Origin: Candidatus Nomurabacteria bacterium GW2011_GWE1_32_28
GTDB lineage: Bacteria > Patescibacteriota > Minisyncoccia > Phycocordibacterales > UBA9973
Reading direction: 5' to 3'
Assembly (NCBI GenBank): GCA_000989515.1
Contig: LBOM01000001.1
Location: 1 to 59,259, forward strand
Length of the DNA stretch: 59,259 nucleotides
Position 1 is the first letter of the stretch. Each line of letters starts with the position of its first letter. The notes under the pieces were generated by a model. The model did not search any database. It was not told where the DNA came from and was given only the letters and a program-made list of their open reading frames with translations. The position numbers and the translations under genes were made by a program. Positions 17,510 through 26,331 of this stretch are shown here, one piece after another.

Positions 17510-18607
17510 ATGGAAAAAGTATTTCGAGTTTTTGAAAAGTCATATGATGGAGTTTTCATTAGTGATTATTCCGGAAAAGTAATTTTTCTAAATGATTCAT
17601 TAGAAAAGATTATTGGCTTTAAAAAAGAAGAAATTCTGGGTAAGAATTTAAAAAACTTAGAAGAATTGTTGTTTTCTAAAGAAAACATTTCTGAATATTT
17701 GAAAGATTTTAATTTAGAATCTTTGTGGACATCAGATGTTTTTAAAAAATTTGTTACCAATCTTGAGGGAAGACTTCAGGAATTTTCAATTAGAAGAGAA
17801 GATTGTTCAATAGTTTTTGTTGAACAAATTTTTTTTATTTTTGAGGATGATGATACTTTTTTTGTTATATCTATAATAAGAGATATAACTGAGTGTAAAA
17901 AATTAAGAGAAGACTTTTTAAATTTTCAGAGGACATTTAGTCATGATGTCAGGAGTCCTTTATCATCATTAATAAGTATTTCTTCTTTTCTTTTAGAAGA
18001 GCTAGAAAATAAAGATTTTTCTTTAGAAGATACCAAAGAATTTGTTTTAACTCTCAATAAGATTGGTAGAAAAATGCTCCATATGATGGAGGATTATTTA
18101 CTACTAGAGGCTCTTGAAAATGGTAAGCAGATAGAAAAAGCGCCGAAAGTTATATCTGAACTTCTTGGAGAATTAAAAAGTATTTTTTCTAATTTCAAAA
18201 GTAAAAAAAAGATACAGATCTTATTCAAGAAACATGAAATTGAGAATTCTAATTTTGACCTTCTTCAAAAGAAGGTTATGATAAATGAAAATTTATTTTC
18301 ATCTGTTCTTAATAATCTGATCGGAAATGCTATTGAAGCTGATCAAGAAATTGATAATAAAATAATAATAAATATTTATGAAGAAAGTAGATATTTATTT
18401 TTATCATTTTCTAATCCTGGTGAGATTCCAGAGGAAATCAGGAGTAAGCTTTTCCAGAAGTTTACTTCTGGAAAGAAAAATGGAACGGGAATTGGTCTTT
18501 TTTCTTCAATGCTCATAATTAAAGCTCATCTTGGAGATTTATATTATGAGCCCCTTGAGGGAGTAACCAGGTTTACAATCAAGATTCCAATGTTTCCAAT
18601 GTTTTAA
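17510..18607 (+). CDS. cytoplasmic PAS-domain sensor histidine kinase
   Basis: PAS-like N-terminus, H-box FSHDVRSPL, ATPase motifs NLIGNAIEA and GTGIGL. GGAGG lies 7 nt upstream of the ATG. Confidence 0.8.
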   Translation: MEKVFRVFEKSYDGVFISDYSGKVIFLNDSLEKIIGFKKEEILGKNLKNLEELLFSKENISEYLKDFNLESLWTSDVFKKFVTNLEGRLQEFSIRREDCSIVFVEQIFFIFEDDDTFFVISIIRDITECKKLREDFLNFQRTFSHDVRSPLSSLISISSFLLEELENKDFSLEDTKEFVLTLNKIGRKMLHMMEDYLLLEALENGKQIEKAPKVISELLGELKSIFSNFKSKKKIQILFKKHEIENSNFDLLQKKVMINENLFSSVLNNLIGNAIEADQEIDNKIIINIYEESRYLFLSFSNPGEIPEEIRSKLFQKFTSGKKNGTGIGLFSSMLIIKAHLGDLYYEPLEGVTRFTIKIPMFPMF

Positions 18608-18612
18608 TAAAA

Positions 18613-18642
18613 AAAGCCAATTTCAAGATTGAAATTGGCTTT
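18613..18642. terminator. hairpin between convergent genes
   Basis: aaagccaatttc-aagatt-gaaattggcttt. Confidence 0.55.
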
Positions 18643-18695
18643 TACTTTTAAAATGAAAATCTTTAGATGATATCTATATTGTATTTTAAATCTTT

Positions 18696-19031
18696 TTACT
18701 CATCATCTTTTTCATATTTATCATTTTCTTCATGTTTATCATCTTCGTAATATTTATAATTATCTTTATTTTTTTCATATTTTTTGTCAGTTTCTTTTTC
18801 CTTTTTATAATTATCTATTGTAGGTGTAATATTTTTTTCTTTAGTCGTAGTTTCTAAAATGTTTTCGTTTAAAGAAACGACATTTGTATTTGGTGTTTCT
18901 GTCGATGGAATATTTATATTTTCAGTAGCTAATGTTTTTTGGTCTTCTATTTGATTAGTTTGTACTGTCGCATATGTGACAAAACTTACAAATAGTGCAC
19001 CACTTATTATTGAGATTATATAATTTTTCAT
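18696..19031 (-). CDS. membrane-anchored low-complexity (K/E/D/Y-rich) protein
   Basis: N-terminal TM then a charged repetitive tail. Confidence 0.4.
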   Translation of the reverse strand: MKNYIISIISGALFVSFVTYATVQTNQIEDQKTLATENINIPSTETPNTNVVSLNENILETTTKEKNITPTIDNYKKEKETDKKYEKNKDNYKYYEDDKHEENDKYEKDDE

Positions 19032-19047
19032 AATATTTAATATGTTT

Positions 19048-19401
19048 TTAACTTGCTTTTGATTGCCTGCTTGATGTTACAGGATATTGTATTTGTATTA
19101 TCTGTGCTGGTGCTTGTGTTGCTTTTTGTGTTTGTACTTTTGTATTTGGTTGAGTTTTCTGTTGTACTAGTACTGGAACCTGATTTGTCGTATTTGTATT
19201 AATTTGCTTATATACAATTTGATTTGTTTTATTTTGTATTGATAATTGTGCTTGATTTTTCTTTTGTATTTGTAGTTTTTCTTGTTGTAAAGCTAAAATA
19301 GAATTTCTTTGTATTTTATTTTGATATAGAGAAGAACCTTGCATAAATATAAATGCTATAAGTCCAAAAGTTATTATTACATTTTTAAAATCCTCTTTCA
19401 T
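19048..19401 (-). CDS. membrane-anchored Gln-rich low-complexity protein
   Basis: N-terminal TM then a Q/T/N-rich tail. Confidence 0.4.
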   Translation of the reverse strand: MKEDFKNVIITFGLIAFIFMQGSSLYQNKIQRNSILALQQEKLQIQKKNQAQLSIQNKTNQIVYKQINTNTTNQVPVLVQQKTQPNTKVQTQKATQAPAQIIQIQYPVTSSRQSKAS

Positions 19402-19408
19402 ATATTAT

Positions 19409-19579
19409 TTAATCTAATTTTTGCCACATATGAGTATCACTTTTTCTAATAGAACATTCTGCACATTTAAAATCCATAGGAAGTTCTTCCCATTTTGTGC
19501 CTGGAGCTATACCTCTTTCAGGTAGTCCTTTAGCTTCATCATATATCCACCCACATTCTAAACAAACATATTGAGACAT
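19409..19579 (-). CDS. rubredoxin (56 aa; below the ORF-track size cut-off)
   Basis: My translation: MSQYVCLECGWIYDEAKGLPERGIAPGTKWEELPMDFKCAECSIRKSDTHMWQKLD. It has CxxCG ... CxxC with the rubredoxin core GIAPGT.WE.LP. Confidence 0.8.
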   Translation of the reverse strand: MSQYVCLECGWIYDEAKGLPERGIAPGTKWEELPMDFKCAECSIRKSDTHMWQKLD

Positions 19580-19660
19580 AATTTTATTCTTTATTTATTA
19601 TTACTATTAATATAGTTACTATAAAGTATAATTATGAAAATTAAATGAATGAGTATTTTA

Positions 19661-20698
19661 TTATACACACCTTAAGATAACCTCAAAACTAGTACCATTG
19701 CCATAAGAGCTGTTTATATTTATTGACCCATGGTGTTCTTCAACTATTTCTTTTACTATAGCAAGCCCTAGTCCTGCACTAGAAGAATTTTGTGTACGAG
19801 AATCATCCACTTTATAAAATCTATCATATATATTTATAAGATTTTCTTTTTTAATACCTATGCCAGTGTCTATCACAGACAGAATAATTTTATTACTTTT
19901 CTTTTTTAAAGATATTGTCACACTACCTTCTTTTTTATTATAATCGATTGCATTTTTTAGAAGATTTATGACAAGACGTGTCAAATTATTCTTGTTGCCT
20001 AATGTATTTAAATTATTTTCTACTTCATCTTTTATTGTGATTTTATGTATGAGAGCATATGCTTCTATTGTATTTATTTGTTTCTTGCATATTTCTGAAA
20101 AATTTACTTTAGAATTTAAATTTACTTTCTTTTTATTACTTTGAGCTAGGAAAAGTAAATCATTTGAAAGTGTTATTAATCTTTCTATCTCTTCTAAAGA
20201 TTCTTTAGTATATTTTATATATTCTTCTTGTTTTCTGTCATTTCTTAATATGACTTCTGACCCAGCTTTGATGACAGCTAGTGGAGTGCGAAGTTCATGT
20301 GCTGCATTTGCTACGAATATTGATTGTTTTTTATATGCTTCTTCTATTGGTCTCAGAGTACGTTTAGACAAAACGTAGGCTATCATCAATGTGAATATAA
20401 GTATGGCTATGTCGGAAGTGATGAGAATTCCTGCTAGATTTTCTTGTATTTCGTGAATTTTATTTTCTTCGAGCTTGCTATCTCTTTTTTCATTTTCTTC
20501 TGAAGATTGTTCTTTAATATTTTCATTTGTAGAATAGATACTATTTGTGAATAAACTATAAACAAGAATATTAAAAATTACTAAAATGATAAAAACGCCA
20601 ACAGTGTAATATGTGGTCAAAAGTATTGTCGCTTTTTTGAATTCACTTAGATTTGAAAGTGTAGCCCACTCCTCTAATTGTTTTAATATATTTTTCAT
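19661..20698 (-). CDS. membrane sensor histidine kinase
   Basis: Two TMs, H-box AAHELRTPL, N-box LLKNAIDY, G-boxes DTGIGI and GLGLAIVK. The first ATG overlaps the upstream regulator gene by 56 nt, so the true start may be later. Confidence 0.85.
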   Translation of the reverse strand: MKNILKQLEEWATLSNLSEFKKATILLTTYYTVGVFIILVIFNILVYSLFTNSIYSTNENIKEQSSEENEKRDSKLEENKIHEIQENLAGILITSDIAILIFTLMIAYVLSKRTLRPIEEAYKKQSIFVANAAHELRTPLAVIKAGSEVILRNDRKQEEYIKYTKESLEEIERLITLSNDLLFLAQSNKKKVNLNSKVNFSEICKKQINTIEAYALIHKITIKDEVENNLNTLGNKNNLTRLVINLLKNAIDYNKKEGSVTISLKKKSNKIILSVIDTGIGIKKENLINIYDRFYKVDDSRTQNSSSAGLGLAIVKEIVEEHHGSININSSYGNGTSFEVILRCV

Positions 20699-21311
20699 TT
20701 GTATCTTTTAATTTTTTTCGTAATTGTTTTATATAAACATCTGTTATATTACTAAATGCACTATACGCAAAATCCCAACAATGTTCAAGTAGTTGTTCTC
20801 TTGTAACTACTTGATCAGCATTTAACATTAAATATTCTAATATAGAATATTCTTTTAAAGTTAAGTTTAATAATATACCTTTTTGAGTAGCTATATGTTT
20901 ACTATTATCTAATACAATATTTTGGACTTCTAATTTAAGTATCACTTTTTCTTTTGGTCTACGAAGTAGTGCTCTTACTCTTGCCAATAATTCTTCCATA
21001 TCAAATGGTTTTATCAAATAATCATCGGCACCACTATCTAATCCTAAAATCTTATCATCTAATCCTTCTTTTGCTGTGATCATTATTATAGGTAAATTTA
21101 TATTATCATCACGCAAGCTTTTACATAGTGATATGCCGTCTTTTTTAGGTAACATTATGTCTAATATAACGAGATCATGACTTCCTGATCTTGCCATACG
21201 TTCTCCAGCTTCTCCGTCATAAGAAGAATCGACAGCATAGCCTTCTTCTTCAAGCATTTGTTTTGTATACTTAGCTAATTTTTCATTGTCTTCTACTATT
21301 AATATTCTCAT
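20643..21311 (-). CDS. OmpR-family response regulator
   Basis: MRILIVEDN, DLVILDIMLP, and winged-helix C-terminus IKTIRGVGY. I moved the start to the MRILIVEDN Met. Confidence 0.9.
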   Translation of the reverse strand: MRILIVEDNEKLAKYTKQMLEEEGYAVDSSYDGEAGERMARSGSHDLVILDIMLPKKDGISLCKSLRDDNINLPIIMITAKEGLDDKILGLDSGADDYLIKPFDMEELLARVRALLRRPKEKVILKLEVQNIVLDNSKHIATQKGILLNLTLKEYSILEYLMLNADQVVTREQLLEHCWDFAYSAFSNITDVYIKQLRKKLKDTNEKYIKTIRGVGYTFKSK

Positions 21312-21329
21312 ATATATATAATACACCTA

Positions 21330-21351
21330 TTCATCTTTTATTCATTTTTTT
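21330..21351. promoter_or_regulatory. direct TTCAT repeats at 11-bp spacing (candidate OmpR-family binding site)
   Basis: ttcatctttta ttcattttttt lies in the 56-bp divergent region between the response regulator and apbE. Confidence 0.3.
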
Positions 21352-21367
21352 CTTTTATTATGAAATT

Positions 21368-22264
21368 ATGTTAGAAGAATTTGAATATAACGGCAAAGCA
21401 ATGGGAACGGAATATTTTATTTCGATTGTTTGTAATTCGAAAGGTATTGCAGATAATATATATAATATTGCAAAGAATGATATAGAACAATATGAATCAT
21501 TATTTTCTAGATTTATACCTACAAGTGAGCTTTCAATATTGAATGAAAAAAAAGAAATGATTGTTTCTGATTTATTTCTAAACGTGACAATGAAAGCATA
21601 TCGACTTTTTACTCGTACTAGAGGGATATTTAATCCACTTGTACAAATATCTAGACTTGGCTATGATAGTAACTTTTTAGATATAAAAGATGATATTAAT
21701 ATTAATGATGAAAGTATTTATGATATTGATTTCTCTTCTGTATTTATAAATCCAAATAAATCACTTATATGTTTGAATGAAGGACAAAAACTTGATTATG
21801 GTGGATTTTTGAAAGGATATTTAGCAGAGATTATTGTAAAAAATATAAAATCTAGTTTTTCAGATATTGTTGGTATTATCATCAATATTGGTGGTGATAT
21901 ATACACACAAGGGTTAGATAAAAATGGAAATAAATTTATATTTAATATTTATAATCCAATTTCTAAAGATGATGTGTTTGTGACCTTATATAATCAAGGT
22001 CTTGCTACGAGTGGCACTTATAAAAGATCATGGTCTTGTTTTAATAAAAAAATGCATCATATATTAGATATTACTGGTAAACAAAATCCAGAAAGTGACA
22101 TTGTATCCATAAGTGTGATACATAATGATGGAGCAAAAGCTGAAGCATATACAAAAGTATTTTTATCTATGGATTACAAAAATGCACTAGGGTTATTGGG
22201 AGAAAAAGATATTTCGTTTGTAATTATAAAAAAAGATGGAAAAGTATTTAAAAATATAATATGA
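21368..22264 (+). CDS. apbE: FAD:protein FMN transferase (ApbE family), no signal peptide
   Basis: KAMGTEYFISIV, DYGGFLKGY, GLATSGTYKR. Confidence 0.8.
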   Translation: MLEEFEYNGKAMGTEYFISIVCNSKGIADNIYNIAKNDIEQYESLFSRFIPTSELSILNEKKEMIVSDLFLNVTMKAYRLFTRTRGIFNPLVQISRLGYDSNFLDIKDDININDESIYDIDFSSVFINPNKSLICLNEGQKLDYGGFLKGYLAEIIVKNIKSSFSDIVGIIINIGGDIYTQGLDKNGNKFIFNIYNPISKDDVFVTLYNQGLATSGTYKRSWSCFNKKMHHILDITGKQNPESDIVSISVIHNDGAKAEAYTKVFLSMDYKNALGLLGEKDISFVIIKKDGKVFKNII

Positions 22265-22884
22265 GAACATATTTAAAAACAATAAAATATTTGCAAAAGA
22301 TTTTTCTTTTTATTTCTATTATAACAATGATGGTTCTTCCTATTATGATTGTTTTTTATCCATATTTTGTTTCAAATACAGTTGTTTCAAAACTTTATTT
22401 TATATCACATGTATTTCTTTTTTTTGTTATGATGATACGACCATTGGCAGATATTTTCATTAATGTTAAATGGATACGACCATTGGTAATATTAAGAAAG
22501 GGTGCTGGTGTATTGTCTGCATCTATTATTATTTCTTTTATATTGGCAAAATTAATCATTGATCCTGTCGCTTATTTTACAAGTATTGGAACTTTGAAAT
22601 ATTGGTCTATGGTAAATTATGTAGTGTTAGCACACATTGCAGATCTTTCAGCAATAATACTTATAGTCACTTCAAATAATTTTTCTAAAAGAATATTAGG
22701 AGATTGGTGGAAAAAAGTTCAAAAACTTTCATATGTATATTTTTATGGAAGCGTATTATATGTATATCTTTCTTATAAGGATATTGATTTATTGATTATG
22801 TTATTGATTACGACTGCTTTAATATTTGTAGCTTCTATAAAAAATGAAAAAAGATTAATAAAAAATAAAGAAAATGTTATATGA
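22261..22884 (+). CDS. six-TM membrane protein, MsrQ/YedZ (ferric-reductase TM domain)-like
   Basis: Topology and the segment TSNNFSKRILGDWWKKVQKLSYVYFYGSVLYVY resemble my memory of the MsrQ segment TS....R.LG..W..LH..Y. ATGA overlaps with both neighbours. Confidence 0.5.
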   Translation: MRTYLKTIKYLQKIFLFISIITMMVLPIMIVFYPYFVSNTVVSKLYFISHVFLFFVMMIRPLADIFINVKWIRPLVILRKGAGVLSASIIISFILAKLIIDPVAYFTSIGTLKYWSMVNYVVLAHIADLSAIILIVTSNNFSKRILGDWWKKVQKLSYVYFYGSVLYVYLSYKDIDLLIMLLITTALIFVASIKNEKRLIKNKENVI

Positions 22885-23582
22885 ATATAAAAAAAATTAC
22901 TGGAAAAATAAATAATGTAGTGGATTTATCTAAGACTGCAAAAGAAATAAGTATTAATCTATCAGAGCCAATTGATTTTATTTCTGGTAGTTTTATGAAT
23001 GTTTTTATAGATATTAATGGTGAAAAGGTGAGACGTGCTTATTCTATATCTTCATCTTCTTTAGAAAATAAAAATATTACTTTTACAATACGATTGAGCC
23101 CAGTTGGACTTTTAACTCCACTTTTTTGGAAGAAAGACATGATAGGAGAAGATATAGAAATGATGGGCCCTTTAGGATTAAATACAGTCGACAAAATGAA
23201 ACAAGATAAAATATATTTATTCGCATTTGGTGTCGGTGCTGGAGTGGTCAAATCAATTGCTAGTTATTTTTTTAATCAAAAAAATATTAAAAGTCTCACA
23301 ATACTTACTGGGAGTAAAAGTGAGGATGAAATATTATATAAAGACTATTTTAATAGTTTGTCTCTTGGTTCTGGGAATGTTTTTGTAGATCATATTGTTT
23401 CTAGAACAAGAGAAGGATCAACTATCAAGAAAGGATATATTCAGGATTATATAAATGAATTTGATTTTAACAATTCTGATGTTTATGTATGTGGAAAAGA
23501 AAAAGCTTGTAATGATTTAGTGGAGAAGATTAAATTAATGAATCCTAGTGACTGCAATTATTTTATTGAAGGATTTCATTGA
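22881..23582 (+). CDS. FNR/Fre-like FAD- and NAD(P)H-binding oxidoreductase
   Basis: FAD motif RRAYSISS, MGPLG, and nucleotide-binding LFAFGVGAGV. 233 aa. Confidence 0.75.
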   Translation: MNIKKITGKINNVVDLSKTAKEISINLSEPIDFISGSFMNVFIDINGEKVRRAYSISSSSLENKNITFTIRLSPVGLLTPLFWKKDMIGEDIEMMGPLGLNTVDKMKQDKIYLFAFGVGAGVVKSIASYFFNQKNIKSLTILTGSKSEDEILYKDYFNSLSLGSGNVFVDHIVSRTREGSTIKKGYIQDYINEFDFNNSDVYVCGKEKACNDLVEKIKLMNPSDCNYFIEGFH

Positions 23583-23629
23583 TTATAAGTAAAAGTGCTG
23601 ATATATTATATATTTGATATAATATACTT

Positions 23630-24289
23630 ATGAATATTGCTTTAAGGAATATAAAAAATGTTGAAGATGTAGCTAATTTTATTGCTTTTTCTATTTTAAA
23701 ACAATTAAATTTAAATAAAAAAGTTTTATTTTTTATCCCTGGTGGTTCTGCTATTATTGTAGCTATAAAAGTGGGAGAAATTTTAAAAAATAATTCTTTA
23801 AAGAATTTAGTTGTTACTTTGACAGACGAAAGATATGGAGAGATAGATCATTTTAATTCAAATTACTTTCAGATTAAAGAAAAAGGTTTTGATTTTGGAT
23901 ATGCGAAGGTAATTCCTATTTTAACAGGAGAAGATATAGATATTGTCACAGAAGAATTTGATAAAAATTTAGAACAAGAATTTTCCTCAGCTAATTACAA
24001 AATAGGTTTGTTTGGTATAGGTACAGATGGACATACGGCTGGAATTTTGCCTGAGAGTATTGGTGTAGATTCAGATAAACTGGCTTGTCATTATGATACT
24101 CCAACTTTTAGACGCATTACTATGACAGGCAAAGCTATAAAAAAATTAGATGAAGTGATAGTATTTACACAAGGGATAGAGAAGGACGCAGTAATAAAAG
24201 ATTTACAAGAAAGAGATATAGACGATAGAAAACAACCAGCGCAAATTTTGAAGAAAGTGCCATTATTAATAATATTTAAAAAACTGTAG
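23630..24289 (+). CDS. pgl: 6-phosphogluconolactonase
   Basis: FFIPGGSA, TLTDERYG, LFGIGTDGHTAGILP. Confidence 0.8.
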   Translation: MNIALRNIKNVEDVANFIAFSILKQLNLNKKVLFFIPGGSAIIVAIKVGEILKNNSLKNLVVTLTDERYGEIDHFNSNYFQIKEKGFDFGYAKVIPILTGEDIDIVTEEFDKNLEQEFSSANYKIGLFGIGTDGHTAGILPESIGVDSDKLACHYDTPTFRRITMTGKAIKKLDEVIVFTQGIEKDAVIKDLQERDIDDRKQPAQILKKVPLLIIFKKL

Positions 24290-24293
24290 TTGG

Positions 24294-24385
24294 AAATTAT
24301 AAAAATCAAAAATTTCTGAGTCTTCGCCCTCGGAGTCATAAGGACAGGGGACCCACGACTCTTAAAATTTTTATCTTTATAATTT
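24294..24385. repeat. AT-armed palindromic element with GC-rich core (family copy 2, inverted relative to copy 1)
   Basis: The reverse complement aaattataaagataaaaattttaagagtcgtgggtcccctgtccttatgactccgagggcgaagactcagaaatttttgatttttataattt aligns along its full length with 9392..9488. Confidence 0.8.
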
Positions 24386-24400
24386 TTAATTAGTAATTAT

Positions 24401-25306
24401 ATGAAAATAGCAATATCAGGTTTAGGAAAAATGGGAGCACAGATAGCCAAAAAACTTTATGAAAGTAGTGTGGACGTCATTGCCCATAATAGAAGTAAAG
24501 AAAAAGTAGATGAGATGGTGGCTCTCGGTATGAAAGGAGCTTATTCAAAAAACGAAGTTATTGATTCTTTTAACGGAGATAGGGTGATGATATGGATGAT
24601 GGTTCCAGCCGATGTCGTAGATAGCGAGATAGAAGAATGGATAAAAATAATACCTAAGAATAGTATTTTGATTGATGGTGGTAATTCTGATTATCGTCTC
24701 ACAAAAAAGAGAGCTATTCTCGTTTCAGAAAATGGTTCTGTATTAATGGATGTCGGTACAAGTGGTGGAATTTGGGGTTATGAAAATGGATTTTCTATGA
24801 TGACAGGAGGGGATTCTTCGATTTTTGAAATTATTAAACCTATTTTGCAAATACTTGAGAAACCAAATGGTGCTCATGAATATTTTGGAGAAGCAGGTTC
24901 AGGACATTATGTAAAAATGACTCACAATGCTATAGAATATGGAATGATGGAAAGTATTGCTGAGGGTTACAGACTTTTAAAAGAAGGTCCATACAAAAAT
25001 ATTGATTTGATAAAAGCAGGAGAAGTGTGGCAACATAGAAGCGTCATCACTTCTTGGTTGAATGAACTTACTTTAAATGCTTTGAAAGAAAATGTTAAGG
25101 CAGAGGGAGTAGATGGAGTAGTCGTAGAATCTGGAGAGACACGTTTTGCATTAGAGACAGCAAAAGAATTTAATATAGAAACACCTTCCATCCAAGCTTC
25201 TTTTGATGTAAGATTAGCTTCTCAAAAAGGTAATGTTAATTTCACTACAAAATTGCTTTGTTTAATGCGGAATGCTTTTGGGGGACATAAAATAAATGGA
25301 AAATAA
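24401..25306 (+). CDS. gnd: 6-phosphogluconate dehydrogenase (decarboxylating), short form
   Basis: MKIAISGLGKMGAQIA Rossmann motif and GSGHYVKMTHNAIEYGMM. Confidence 0.85.
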   Translation: MKIAISGLGKMGAQIAKKLYESSVDVIAHNRSKEKVDEMVALGMKGAYSKNEVIDSFNGDRVMIWMMVPADVVDSEIEEWIKIIPKNSILIDGGNSDYRLTKKRAILVSENGSVLMDVGTSGGIWGYENGFSMMTGGDSSIFEIIKPILQILEKPNGAHEYFGEAGSGHYVKMTHNAIEYGMMESIAEGYRLLKEGPYKNIDLIKAGEVWQHRSVITSWLNELTLNALKENVKAEGVDGVVVESGETRFALETAKEFNIETPSIQASFDVRLASQKGNVNFTTKLLCLMRNAFGGHKINGK

Positions 25307-26327
25307 AAAAACAACTTATATAATTTTTGGTGCTTCTGGTGATTTATCAAAAAGGTATTTATTGCCTGCGCTTAAAAATATGCAAAATATAAATTATGTA
25401 GATTCAGTAATCCCTGTTTCTCGTAAAGATTATGGCAATTTGAAAAATTTAATAAAAAGTGAAGGAGAGAAAATTTTTCATTTAGCTATACCACCAGAAG
25501 CGGTGACCGATGTTGTCAAACTAATTTATAATGATTTTGGTAAAGATAATGTGAAAATAATGTTGGAGAAGCCTTTTGGTAGAGATTTGGAATCTGCTCA
25601 AAGTCTTGTAGAACATGTAGACCAATATTTTTCAGAGCATCAGATTTATAGAATAGATCATTATTTGGCAAAACAATCGATGCAAAATGTGGTAAATGAA
25701 AAATGGGATAAAAATGATATTTCTGAAATAGAGATCATAGCTAGTGAAAAGATAGACATAGAAGGTAGGGTCGCTTTTTATGAACAGACAGGCGCATTGA
25801 AAGATTTTGTACAAAGTCATCTTTTGGAAATGGCAGCTGTCGTGTTGTCTCAATCTTTTAAAATGGATGATCGTTACAATGCATTGAAGAATTTGCAGAT
25901 TGTTTGTGATATTAAAGAACATCGATGTGTAAAAAGAGGACAATACTTGGGATATCGCGAAGAAGTGAGCAATCCTAAAAGTATGACAGAGACATTCGTC
26001 TCTATCAATATGATATCTAATGACAAGATTTGGAATGGAGTATCTATCATCTTGACTACAGGAAAGGCTTTGTCAGAAAAATTGACACAAATAATAATAA
26101 AATACAAAAATGGAAATAAAAAAGTTTTTAATATTGAGCATGAATCTGATGCTTATGAAAGGGTCATCAAATCTACAATAGAAGGTAAGCGAGATTTGTT
26201 TATCTCTAGTGGAGAAATACTTGAAACATGGCGAATTTTGGATAATTTGCAAAAATATTGGCAAAAAAACGAAGATAATTTAATAATTTATAAAAAAGGT
26301 AGTATGATTGAAGAAATTTTAAAATGA
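25296..26327 (+). CDS. zwf: glucose-6-phosphate dehydrogenase, short form (343 aa)
   Basis: IIFGASGDLSKRYLLPAL, EKPFGRDLESA, RIDHYLAK. Confidence 0.85.
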   Translation: MENKKTTYIIFGASGDLSKRYLLPALKNMQNINYVDSVIPVSRKDYGNLKNLIKSEGEKIFHLAIPPEAVTDVVKLIYNDFGKDNVKIMLEKPFGRDLESAQSLVEHVDQYFSEHQIYRIDHYLAKQSMQNVVNEKWDKNDISEIEIIASEKIDIEGRVAFYEQTGALKDFVQSHLLEMAAVVLSQSFKMDDRYNALKNLQIVCDIKEHRCVKRGQYLGYREEVSNPKSMTETFVSINMISNDKIWNGVSIILTTGKALSEKLTQIIIKYKNGNKKVFNIEHESDAYERVIKSTIEGKRDLFISSGEILETWRILDNLQKYWQKNEDNLIIYKKGSMIEEILK

Positions 26328-26331
26328 ATAA

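Noticed and set aside
19661-20698. 56-nt overlap between the histidine kinase and response regulator genes as a possible unusual coupling
   Set aside because: It most likely comes from taking the first ATG. An internal TTG just before the first TM helix would remove the overlap. This cannot be resolved from sequence alone.
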